From Lingula anatina (Eukaryota > Animalia > Brachiopoda), in the NCBI GenBank assembly GCA_051362555.1, contig CM120649.1, positions 18,118,567 through 18,182,566 on the forward strand: a stretch of DNA of 64,000 bases. The letters run 5' to 3'. A model generated the notes under the pieces. The model was not told the DNA's origin, searched no databases, and worked only from the letters and a program-made list of their open reading frames with translations. Positions 52,271-64,000 of this stretch are shown in pieces. The translations under genes and the position numbers were made by a program. How positions within the stretch are numbered: position 1 is the stretch's first letter; every line of letters begins with the position of its first letter.

Positions 52271-55200
52271 TTACAATGTACTCAAGCAGTTGCCTTCATG
52301 ATATTCATAGCCAGTGCTTGTCTGCAAGTCCCCGGACTGGGCAGTGTTGAGCAGTAGTTCACAGACACATTGGTCATTTCCAGCACAGAGAATGTTTATG
52401 GCCACACACTCCCAGTGTTGCACACAGGAGATGCTGCATTCGATGAGGCTGCGGACATTCAGCGTGGATATGGGCACAAGGGTTGCGCGCGCATCTGCTG
52501 CTACCCGTTTGAACGTAGTTGTACTTGTAATACCTATACAAAAAATAACTACGGTACTTACGAAACCTGTAGCAAAGACGCGCGAGTAAGTAATTTACCT
52601 TTTTTTTCAACGTTGAATTAGTCATAAATTGTGTTCATGTAAGATTAACAGATGCATGCAAACCCCTAAAAATTCATATTAATATACATATGTACGCAAA
52701 GTGAAATACTGTAAACTCACCATGAACCTCCACCTCACAAAGCTGCAAGTAACTATCGTCACTACCAACTTTAATGATCAAGACATATCGTCCTCTCAGT
52801 GGTGACCCACAGGACAGAGACGTGTTCCCCACAGGTGCCACCCCCGGGTAACTGGCGCAGAGTTTGTACTGGGTGAATGATGAATTATTCTCATAAGAGG
52901 TTCCTACTCTCACTTCGAAATTATTCAAACGGTCAGCTGAAAATAAAAAGTGGCTAATATTTAAATCTAATATTACACATGTAGCGGCAAAGTAAACAGT
53001 AGATCAGGGTCCTGTATCTCGAAAGCTTCGATCCCTATGTTGCGCACGTGCGCGAGCATGGCGAGCGTGCGCTGCGATTGCAACCGCCTGCTATCTCGAA
53101 GCCTTAGCAAACACAACGCAATTATAACCTCAAACTCTACTAAAATTCGATTGCCGCAAAAATGTAATTTTTTCACCATGACGCAAATCAAGAGGTTGTT
53201 TTTATTTATAGGAATATCATAATTACAAATACTGATATTTGAAGTATTTGACACCGATAAAATGTCAAAAAACAATTCAATAAGCGAAGCTTGGACTGAC
53301 ACAATTACTGACACATTAGTGAGTAGTGTTCAGTCTCACAATAATAGACATTGAGGAAGGTCACGGTGCGACCGAATGCTTTGTTTCTGCTTTTTCATTT
53401 TGTGTAGAAAATAACCCTTTTAAATTTATTGTTATTATCAATAGACTATACACAGATAATTAAATTCACCAGAAAATATAAAATAATGTATGAAATGTTT
53501 AATTTTGAAATTTTTCTGCATAATAAAACATGACTTTAGCATTCTTCACGTGAATATTTACAGCAATTTTTTCTATCAGAGGTACCAGTGATTCAATCAT
53601 TAAAAGCTTCCATGTTTTTGTTACATGTTTTATTATATGCTATTATGACTAGCAATCCAACATTGCCACCATGTTTAATTACATGAAAGACACATTAAAA
53701 TGAGGAATTATGCATACGCCGAGGTCTTTGCGACTAATTTGTATCGCTGCAAATAATAGCCTCGAAACTAAGGGTGATTTCGCCATTAGCGCACGGCCGG
53801 TATTTGCGAAACTTTCGAGATATGGGATAGCGCACGTGCGCAACATAGCGAAGCTTTCGAGATACGGAGCTCGTAAGCTTCGCTATGTTGCGCACTTTCG
53901 CGAGCATGGCGATTCCGCGCTATTTGCGAGTGCGATTGCACCCACCCGCTATCTCGAAGCCTTAGCAAACGCAATGCAATTATAACCTCAAACTCTACTA
54001 AAATTCGATTGCGATTCAATTGTTAAGACGTCATAACACAATTACACAAAATTTTATTTTTTTTTCACCTTGACGCTCATCAAGAGGTTGTTTTTATTTG
54101 TAGGAAGATCATAATGACAAATACTGATATTTTAAGTGTTTGACACCAATAAAATATCAAAAAACAATTCAATAAGCGAAGCTTGGACTGACACAATTAC
54201 TGAAACATTGGTGAGTATTGTTCAGTCTCACAATAATAGACATTGAGGAAAGTCACGGTGCGACTGAATGCTTTATTTGTGCTTTTTCATTTTGTGTAGA
54301 AAATAACACTTTAAATTTATTGTTATTATCAATAGACTACACAGATAATTAAATTCACCAGAAACATAAAATGATGTATGAAATGTTTAATTTTGAATTT
54401 TTTATGCATAATAAAACATGACTTTAGCATTCTTCACGTGAATATTTAAAACCAGTTTTTCTATCAGAGGTACCGAGTGATTCAATCTATTATAACCTTC
54501 CATGTTTTTGTTATATGTTTTGTTATATGCTATTATGACTAGCAACCCAAACTTGCCGCCATGTTTAATTACATGAAAGACACATTAAAATGACAAATTA
54601 TGCATACGCAGAGGCCATTGTGACTAGTTTGTATCGCCGCAAATAATAGCCTCGAAACTATGACGCAAATCAAGAGGTTGTTTTTATTTATAGGAATATC
54701 ATAATTACAAATACTGATATTTGATGTATTTGACACCGATAAAATGTCAAAAAACAATTCAATAAGCGAAGCTTGGACTGACACGATTACTGAAACATTG
54801 GTGAGTATTGTTCAGTCTCACAATGATAGACATTGAGGAAAGTCACGGTGCCATTGAATGCTTTGTTTCTGCTTTTTAATTTTGTGTAGAAAATGACACT
54901 TTTAAATTTATTATTATTATCAATAGACTACACAGATACGCAGAGGCCATTGTGACTAGTTTGTATCGCCGCAAATAATAGCCTCGAAACTAATGCTGAT
55001 TTCGCCATTAGCGCACGGCCGCAATTTGCGAAGCTTTCGAGATATGGGATAGCGCACGCTCGCCATGCTTGCGCACGCTCGCCACAAGCGAAGCTTTTGA
55101 GATACGGGGCCCTGATATAAAAACCGTACGAAGTAGGTAGATACGCGTATACATATAGATAAAATGTCACTATTATTAAAAATACATGTTGCTACACGAT

Positions 55201-55732
55201 ATCTTGTCTTATTTTCACATGCATAATCATAACAGGATCGCACTAACTTAGTAACCGCCCAAAACTTTGATCTACGGCAATAAAAGCGTGAATTGCGATA
55301 ATGATACATCTTCAGTATATATAAATATTAAACCAAAGGACTTACAACAGCAGTCGCCACGGTTTGTTATGATAACACCGGCCACACTCGCCGTGGTTTC
55401 TAAGTCCACCAGCCACCATTGACCCTGACCAAGATCAGTATGGCTACATCTCCCATTGGACACGACTGGCAGGGTGCACACCGTTCACATTTACGTAAGT
55501 GGTGCTTTGGTAGGCGGGTTTGCCTTTAGCCAAATTTTGCGTGCAGCCTCTGCATAGTGCCCCATCTGCCGGAGAGAGATACCAACCACATCAATTATTA
55601 TTATTATTTTTATTATTATTATTTGCAAGTATAAACTGAATACTACAAAAAAATTTGCCAAGTGCTGTTTCTGCTTAACTTACCCAAAAATATCACAGTT
55701 ACTGCGGCAAAAAGCACTCTTAAGGCCATCAT
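52271..55732 (-). pseudogene. F-type lectin + PAN/apple gene, copy 8 (exons 55732-55684, 55565-55346, 52936-52721, 52533-52271)
   Basis: Nearly identical to copy 5, but exon 2 is 220 nt: a 29-bp deletion at ~55461 removes AVDGNYDNVM and shifts the frame. Confidence 0.87.
53008..55111. mobile_element. Tandemly expanded intron-2 MITE (about three fused units) in copy 8
   Basis: Same outer TIRs and site as in copies 4 and 5; internal block AATAAGCGAAGCTTGGACTGACAC occurs at ~53280, ~54171 and ~54761. Confidence 0.85.
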
Positions 55733-56960
55733 CCTGTATTTATTCCCTCGTTATTCCAGCAGCTGCCAATGGCAGAAATCATGAAACTATTTCGTTCATG
55801 CCCTGGATGATGATTTTGCTGTGAGTGGAGTGACTGCAGAGAAACAGAGGGAAATGTTAGATTTATTGACGCTTGAACATTAAAAAGAGGATGTTTTTTA
55901 TGTGTACGTCGCATGGAATCGACAAAAAGCACTCTTAATGTCATCATTCTTTATTCTTAATGTTATCATCCTTTATTCACACACTTAGTTGTCCTAGCAG
56001 CTGCCGATGGTAGAAATCAACACAATATTCCGTTCATGCCCTGGGTGATTTTGCTGAGAGTGGAGTGACTGAAGAGAAACAGAGTAAAATGTTAGATCAA
56101 TTTTTCTTTTTTTTTTTTTTTTTGCGTCGCATGGAATCGAACCTTATGACGTAACATGATCACTTTCATCATTCACGTTACTGTCTCACCTTGCTCTCTC
56201 TTAGCTGAGTAATCAATCAATAAAACGAGTAATCAATCAATAAAACGAGTAATCAATCAATAAAACACCCGTTGCCACGTGAAGGAGATATAACTGATTA
56301 AACTGATTCCTGTTCATCGTATATAATTTTTATTTAATTTTTGTATTTTGAGGGTATCACCCAAAGCATGAGATACTGCTGTCGCGTTAAAAAATAGGTC
56401 AGGGTGAATTTGCTAACTAGAGCTCATGATATAACAGAACCGTTTGTGGGATGAAAAACTATGTTATCGCTTTCAAACAGATTTCTTTCACCTAAAGTGA
56501 TACATGTAACAACGCTGTTATAACGCATATTGAATCACACCGATACATCCTTCAATTAAGTGCAATATTTTGAAAAGTGAACTTCCAAACTATCAGTAAA
56601 GATGCCAAACAAAAGTTTTATTAATTGCAACATCGAAATTGAAGTTTTTTTATTTTTTATTTATAAGTCAAATTTAAATGATCCTTCTTGAGACCATGTC
56701 GTCTTCACACTAGTTTAGGTCAGTCTTGGGAGCGATCACCACCTGCACATTTCTAATACAATATGAATGGTCAGTTTTTACAACACTACCCCAGCGTGGC
56801 ATATCATCTAATAATATACATGTATATTTAGCTTAGCACATCAATATCATTTAATTGTTTCACAACGATAGGAGATACTTAAAAGGCATGTGTTACGTAG
56901 TCATGAATGCTTCCCTGGGGTATTTCTGAAAGTGATTTAGCCACATTTTTTAGTCTCGTC

Positions 56961-58516
56961 CTACACTTGTCCCAAGCAGATGTCCTCATAATATTCAGAA
57001 CCAGTGTCTGCCTGCAAGTCGCTGGACTGGGCAGTACTGGGCAGAAGTTCACAGACACACTGGTCATTTCCGGCACAAAGAACGTTTATGGCCGCACACT
57101 TCCAGTGTTGCATACAGGAGATGCTGCATTCGGTGAGGCTGCGGACATTCAGCGTGGATATGGGCACAAGGCTTGCACGAGCATCTGCAGCTACCCTCTG
57201 GAAGGTGGTTGCACTTGAAATACCTATACAAAAACATAAGTAAAATATGGGACCTACAAAACCCATAAAAAGGACGTGTCAGTAGGTGACTCACCAGTTA
57301 TTTCAACGTTGAATTAATAAAAAAAATGTGTAAGGTTACTATAGATACATGTAATTTTAGGCACATGAAAACTCATATTAATATACATATGTAGACACAA
57401 TGAAATTCCATCAACTCACCATGAACCTCCACTTCACATAGCTGCAATTGATGGTTGTCACTGCCAACTTTAATGATCAAGACATATCGTCCTCTCAGTG
57501 GTGACCCACAGGACAGAGACGTGTTCCCCACAGGTGCCACCCCCGGGTAACTGGCGCAGAGTTTGTACTGGCTGAATGATGAACTATCCTCGTAAGTGGT
57601 TCCAACTCTCACTTCGAAATTATTCAGACGGTAGGCTGAAAATGGAAAAGTAGCAAATTGTTTCATAAATTTGACAATGCACTTTTATCATACTTTGATG
57701 TGATATGTAACGGCAAATTTAACAAGAGATCATTTATTAAGACCGTGCTAGTACGTGGTAGGTAGATGCAGCAATGGATAAAATATTTGTTATCATTGAA
57801 GGAAATAGTAACATGTAAATACACGTTTTGCCGTCCCCTTTCACATGCATTATCTCAAGTAGATCATATACCTATCTGTTTTACACTAACAGCAACAAGA
57901 AATGTGGTTTACATGTACGATAAACTCATTGAATTTATATAATATACGGAATCAACGTACTATATCCGTCCCCACGGTTTGTTATGATTACACCGGCCAC
58001 CCTCGCCGTGGGTTCTAAGTCCACCAGCCACCATTGCCCCTGACCAGCATTAGTATGGGTACAACTCCCATGGGTCTTGTCGTCGTCATAGTTACCGTCT
58101 ACAGCGAGGCTGGCATCGCATGTCTGGTAGGTGGAACTTTGGTAGGCGGGTTTGCCTTTTGCCAAATTCTGCGTGCAACTTCTGCATAGTGTCCTATCTG
58201 AAAGACACCAATGTCATCAATTATTATTATTATTATTATGACTATTATTACGTGCAAGTATGAATTAAATACAACAATGAATATTACATATCCTTTTCAT
58301 CCTAAATAGGATTGAAAGGACATTACAGAACAATTTTACTTTCAGAAACAAATATCTAACCACGGATGAATAATGTCCAAAATACATATTTTTCAGCTCT
58401 ATTAAAAATCATTTATAAAACACCGCTTTTGTATAGTGCCTTTGTCTAGTGCCTCTGCAAAACTTACCCAAATATATAATAGTTACTCCGAGAAAAAGCA
58501 GCCTTAGGACCACCAT
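56961..58516 (-). CDS. Secreted F-type lectin + PAN/apple protein, copy 9 (exons 58516-58468, 58197-57961, 57635-57420, 57223-56961)
   Basis: Exon lengths 49/237/216/263, open frame; leader MVVLRLLFLGVTIIYL; CTHT...NRGDGYTYRL. Confidence 0.87.
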
Positions 58517-59399
58517 GCTATAGTCACACACCTCGTTATCTCAGCAGTTGCCAATGGCAGACAAATCAAGAAAATATCCCGTTGTTGTCCTGGATGGTGA
58601 TCTGATAAGAGTGGGGTGAGTGTAGAAAATCTCAGAAGAAAAGTTCAGCTGATGCTTGAATATTTAAAAAGAGAGCTATTGCTAATTGCATTCATCAGTT
58701 ACTTAATTGATGGACAGTAAAAGATATGTATAACTGGGTGTTTTTAACGTGTATGACGCATGGAATCGAACGTAATCAAATTTCCATTTCTACATCATCG
58801 CAACGTTTTCCGCACAACAGTGCCGATAATCAATTTCAAAATGTGTCTTCATGTATTTTTGATAACATTTTCATTATTCGAGCATTTTATCAAGCCTATT
58901 TCCTCTCAGGTGAGACATCAAAATAAAAAGATATTCCATTACATCGTCAAGTGATATTATTTATCAAAATGTTTACTCGTGTATTTCTGACTCAGGTCCA
59001 TATTTTATTTAATATCGCCAATATGGATCTCACAAATGAGTGATATCTTTGTCGTGAGCCATTTCACATAGCCAGTGGAGCTTTCATGATACGTTTGCAA
59101 ATTGAACCGAAGATTTTGTCCCGTGTCACATGTCGATGAAAAAAACATCCGCTGATGGATTGGCTATATCAACACTTTATGTTCAAAGGAAACTACATCC
59201 ATACTAGCAATTTATAAATACCTGTAGGAATTCGATGATTGTTGTGGTTGTCTCTAGAAAAAAGTAAATGTCGTGGATGTTTGTAGCCCGCCTTTACATA
59301 CTGAGTTATAAATTTATCGTTGTATCTTTTTCTTCTTGTTCCCCTTGTTGCCTTAATATAACTTTAAACCCCCCTCGCTCTCGCATAGCACTCACATAG

Positions 59400-60271
59400 C
59401 ATCAGAACCAGAAAACAAGGCAGCAAAGCTGTCAAATGTACAGACAAAAAACAGAAAATAAAGATGCAAAAAAGGTCATTTTGTCAATTTTGATGCAATA
59501 ATAAATAATGCTTATAATAGCACTGTCAGTCAACACTGAATTTTAATCTTGCACAACAGGTAACATGGTCAATAACAGGAGCGGACCCAGAGATATTTTC
59601 TGACAGTATTACAAAGTATCTATGTTGCTCCATCCTCCATTTTGATGGTCTTCCAACAGAAAAAATAGATACCAGTCAATATAAACTTAATAACCTGACT
59701 GTCTTCCGGAAGACCCAGAAGATGGTCTCAATCCACCCCTTCAATAAGATTACAGTTTCAGGACCATGAGAGTTCAAATTCACATTATGAAAGTCTCAAT
59801 ATTTGAAAAATGATGACAGTGCATAAAATGATAAAATAATATTACATAATGTTTAAAGACATAAAAAACAATACAACTGCTTATGTAGAAATACAGAAAA
59901 TGTGCAGAGCCCCAGGCAGATGAGAGCCTGCCTGGGGCTAAAAGTCACAAATGCAAGTGTTTGAGAAAAAATTATAAAGGAAAACAACAAAACTAGAAAA
60001 GCACTTTGAGAGTGCAGACCTCTGCCAAGGCAGCAATTGTTGATTATATTGATAATTGATTGATTATTGATCCGGACCACCACCAAAAATTAATCATTGT
60101 CCTCTTTGGCCCACTTCCGACAGTTCCTGAAAATTTCTGCAAAATCAGTCCATAACTTTTTGTGTTATGTGGATGACAGACAAACAGGGGTGAAAATATA
60201 ACCTCCTTGGCAGAGCTTGAGGTAAATATAATTCCAATGAAGCTGCTATTCAAACTTTTAATCTTCCAGTT

Positions 60272-60338
<67 letters not shown>

Positions 60339-63144
60339 AAACTTATTTGCAATATTAAACAAAATTTACCTGCATAATTATCACTGCTTCCTTATTATTT
60401 ATCTAGCAAAGAGCTTTACCTTTGGGAGTTTACAGGGAAATATCAACAAGTGTGCTTTACGTAATCTCATTTAATGGCCTATTAAAGCAAATGACTTTAT
60501 AACTCTGAAATTAATCTAGTGATACCCAAGGGTAATTTACAGACTGACCCACTCAAAGGTCTTCAGGCCCATAAGTCACACCTTAAGAAAAGCACAAAAC
60601 CATAATGCCCAAAATAGGAGACTACCAATCCGGATGCAATAATACATTATGTTTAACTGCACAGTCAACATCAACTTATGCACAACAGGTAACACAGACG
60701 AAAGTAAAAGCATAAGGCTTCAGGCCCATCAGAGTTCAAGTTTATACTTAGAAAGTGCCAGAATGAGAAAAATGAAAATTTCACAAAAAATGCATAAATA
60801 CAATAAACATGATAATCCGATAGAGCTGGTTTTCTCATGAGCTGAAGGCCAATCCTAAAAATCGTACTTGTAAGTTTAAAATTATAATAAGTAGCACAGT
60901 TTTCTTTTCATAATGTTTGCAGTAGCAGTGCAAAAAGATTGTCAATTTTGATGTAACATTACATAATAAATTAGAGAATAATTATCACCAATTTTTGTTT
61001 ATTGACTATAAATAGGATGGACATGTAGAAAATATGATTACCATTTGGCTTCATGTCCATGGGAGCTCTGAGTCCCATAATGAATATGCCAAAAAAGATA
61101 ATGAATATAACACTAAAATGTATAACTTCCAGAAAAAGAAGCCAATTAGACTGCTTTTCTAACTCAGGCTGCATTTTAGTCCTGTGTTTCTTTTTTGAAA
61201 GTTTGACAGTCATAAGTAACACGGTTTTTCCATAATGGTCATCAAGGCAGCAGCACCAAAAATTGTGTTTTCTGCTATTTTGATGCAACATTACATAATG
61301 CTTAACAGCATAATGACCATCGATTTTTAATAATAAAATATAAGTGTCATGGATTTTCACAAAATGTGACTAGCACGGGTCTTCAAGCCCGTGGAGGTTC
61401 TAAGTCGCACCTTGGAAATGCCAATATGTGAAAAATTAAATTTTCACAAAAAACTGTTTAATTGCCAGAAAAAATTACCAAACAGACTGCATTGCCAACT
61501 GAAGCTGTATTTTAGACCCATGTTTCTTTCCTGTAAGTTTGAAAACAGTAATTGACATGATTTTTGTTAAATGGTCATCATGGGAGCAGTGCCCAAAATA
61601 GGGGTTTCTTCAAATTTTGATGCAACATTACATAATGTTTAACAGCATAATGACCATCAATTTTTAATTATAAAATATTAGTATCACGGATATTCAGGAA
61701 ATGTGACAAGCAAAGGTCTTCAGGATCATGGAACTTCAAAGTCACACCTTGAAAATGCCAATAAGTGAAAAATTAAATTTTCACAAAAAACTGTTTAATT
61801 GCCAGAAAAATTTACCAAACAGACTGCATTGCCTACTGGAGCTGTATTTTAGTCCCATGTTTCTTTCCTGTAAGTTTGAGAACAGTAAGTGACATGATTT
61901 TCCTTAAATGGTCATCATGGGAGCAGTGCCCAAAATAGGGGTTTCTTCAAATTTTCATGCAATATTACATAATGTTTTACAGCATAATGACCATCAATTT
62001 TTAATTATAAAATATTAGTATCATGGTTATTCAGAAATGTGACTAGCAAAAGCCTTCAGGCCCATGGAACTTCAAAGTCACATATTGAAAATGCCAAAAT
62101 GTAAACAATACAGCACTGTTCTGAAATGGGTTTATTTCCATTTTTAACACTTTTTAAACATAAAACAAAATAAACAGTTTACTGCCATTTTTATATGACC
62201 AATGAAGAAAATTGATGAGATGGGAAAAGTATCAATAGAACAGTTTTAAATGCCCAACTTCCTCCATTCTGAGATTCTGAACATAGTGGATGAATGCATC
62301 TGACAAACTGCAATGATATGAGTTTATTTCCATTTTTGACACTTTATTACACAATACATGATAACAAGTTTACCATCATTTTTACAAAATCAACTAACAA
62401 TGTTGTAAAGATGCAGGAATTGCCAAACAAACACATTTACGTATCTTATTAGTTCAATAATGAGACTGTTAACATGCCTAAGAATTGAATGTGAGGAAAT
62501 GTGAAAAAACAGCATTACCTTTTAAAATAATGGACTGATTATGCTGATTTTCAAACTCAACCTGCGTTTTAGTAAGATTGGCCCCTCCTGTGAGTATAAT
62601 GACAATTGGCCAATCTGTTTTTCTTATATTGTGTTATCAGTGTTGCATATATACTGAAAAAAAGTGAAAAAAAAACAGCATAAATTCCCTATAAGTGACC
62701 CGATCGTGCTGATTTTCGAATTTGACCTGCGTATTATGAATATTTATCAGTTCTGTAAGTTTCAAGCCAAAGGGTAAAACAGCTCTTCATTTATTGTGTT
62801 ATCAGTGTTGCAAAAATGCTGAAAAAAAGTGAAAAAATAGCCTAAATTCACTAAAAATGACCCAATCATGCTGATTTTCGAACTTGACCTGCGTATTATG
62901 AATATTCATCAGTTCTGTAGGTTTCAAGCCAAAAGGTCAAATGGTTTTCCATTTATGGTGTTATCGGTGCTGCATATATGCTGAAAAAAGAGAATAAAAA
63001 ATAGCCTAAATTCACTAAGAGTGACCCGATCATGCTGACTTTCGAACTTGACCTGCGTATTATGAATATTCATCAGTTCTGCAAGTTTCAAATCAAAAGG
63101 CAAAATGGTTTTCCACTTATCGTGTTATCGGTAAAAGTGCACGG

Positions 63145-63175
<31 letters not shown>

Positions 63176-63250
63176 AGCGACGACGGCGACGGCGACGACA
63201 GACGCAGATGATGGCTATATGTACAGACACATCTGTGTCTGTACATAAAA
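59400..63250. mobile_element. Longer copy of the Helentron-like element with tandem arrays
   Basis: 61110-63250 is collinear with 39040-41282 (336-bp units at 61237/61573/61910; ~160-bp units at ~62554-63046; hairpin 63218-63247). Flanks ACTCACAT (~59391) and GACCCACTT (~63252) are only ~30 bp apart in the paralog at ~48085-48130. Confidence 0.7.
59990..60226. mobile_element. Small nested Helentron-like element
   Basis: ACTAG...CTCTGCCAAGG at left, GACAGACAAACA microsatellite, ACCTCCTTGGCAGAG (inverted match) at right. Confidence 0.5.
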
Positions 63251-63349
63251 AGACCCACTTAAATAATGCATGTATTATAATTTGGGAGAAGACAGGGACC
63301 CAGCGCCACGTGGATACCACTCTGTAGCACAAGGAGGCATTAGTTTTAA

Positions 63350-63562
63350 AGGGATAACAACTGTTCATTTTGGCCAAAAAATGAAATTTCCTGGGGTAAG
63401 CGACAATTTTACCATACTTACCAATGATTAATGAATCCATTTCTACATCCAAAGTCATTCCCTGTTTTTTTTTCGAAAATATATTATATATTATATTTTT
63501 ATGAGTAGTTTACAATGTATTCATTGTGAAATATAGATCTGATTCGAAAGGTTGTTATCCCT
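63350..63562. mobile_element. Kolobok-like MITE, TTAA target duplication
   Basis: TTAA-AGGGATAACAAC ... GTTGTTATCCCT-TTAA; empty site TTAGTTTTAAGTA at ~48221. A related left arm lies at ~49044-49170. Confidence 0.8.
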
Positions 63563-63623
63563 TTAAGTTAATCCGTGTAGAATAATTTAGTCAGAACTTC
63601 AACTGAAGTTCTTTAAGCAAAAA

Positions 63624-63686
<63 letters not shown>

Positions 63687-64000
63687 CACCACAACGGGAA
63701 GTGGGAAATAAGAAAATCCATCTTGTTCCATTTTACCTGCTCTTGACGAATGAACTATTTAATTATTCGTACCATGAACTTGAGGTCTTTGGAAAATTAA
63801 GTACCTTCTTGTTCTTTGGCATTGTCAAACGGAACACTGAGATCTCCTTTGCGCTTTAAATGTCATTTCCAAAAATGTCGTTGTTATGGTCCGCGCATAC
63901 TTATAAGGGCAATTTATTGAATTATAAATAATCACTTGTCATTTGACAAAAATACAAAAAAAATGCTTCGTCAGCATTTATGACAAACACCCCATTCTCA

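Noticed and set aside
7194-57243. Recurring plus-strand ORFs (MSACKS.DWAVLG...) as a second gene family
   Set aside because: They are antisense shadows of exon 4, repeated only because the exon is duplicated.
63117-63458. Arg-rich ORFs (also 41050-41370) as protamine-like proteins, and poly-I/Y/YI ORFs
   Set aside because: They are translations of (CGA/CGG)n, (ATT)n and (AT)n microsatellites.

Overview
AT-rich, intron-containing animal DNA. The repeat types suggest a marine invertebrate, probably a mollusc (inference). Three things fill the window. (1) At 1-1687 (minus strand) is the 5' part of a spliced STAND-class gene: a DZIP3-type HEPN domain with an intact R-x4-H motif fused to an NB-ARC-type NTPase, running off the left edge. 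(2) At 7151-58516 (all minus strand) is a head-to-tail array of nine 4-exon genes, numbered 1-9 left to right. Each encodes a signal peptide, an F-type (fucolectin) lectin domain and a C-terminal PAN/apple-like domain. Copies 2, 4, 5, 7 and 9 look intact; copies 1, 3, 6 and 8 each carry a different lesion. The predicted sugar-binding loops are hypervariable while the framework is nearly invariant. At least two copies are mosaics of other copies, and every intron is phase 1. (3) There are many mobile elements: a complete Gypsy LTR retrotransposon with identical LTRs, PIF/Harbinger-, piggyBac- and Kolobok-like MITEs (several with an empty site visible in a paralogous block), two Helentron-like elements carrying ~160-bp satellite arrays, and non-LTR fragments. 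Exon boundaries and comparisons were read by eye; no alignments or database searches were run.
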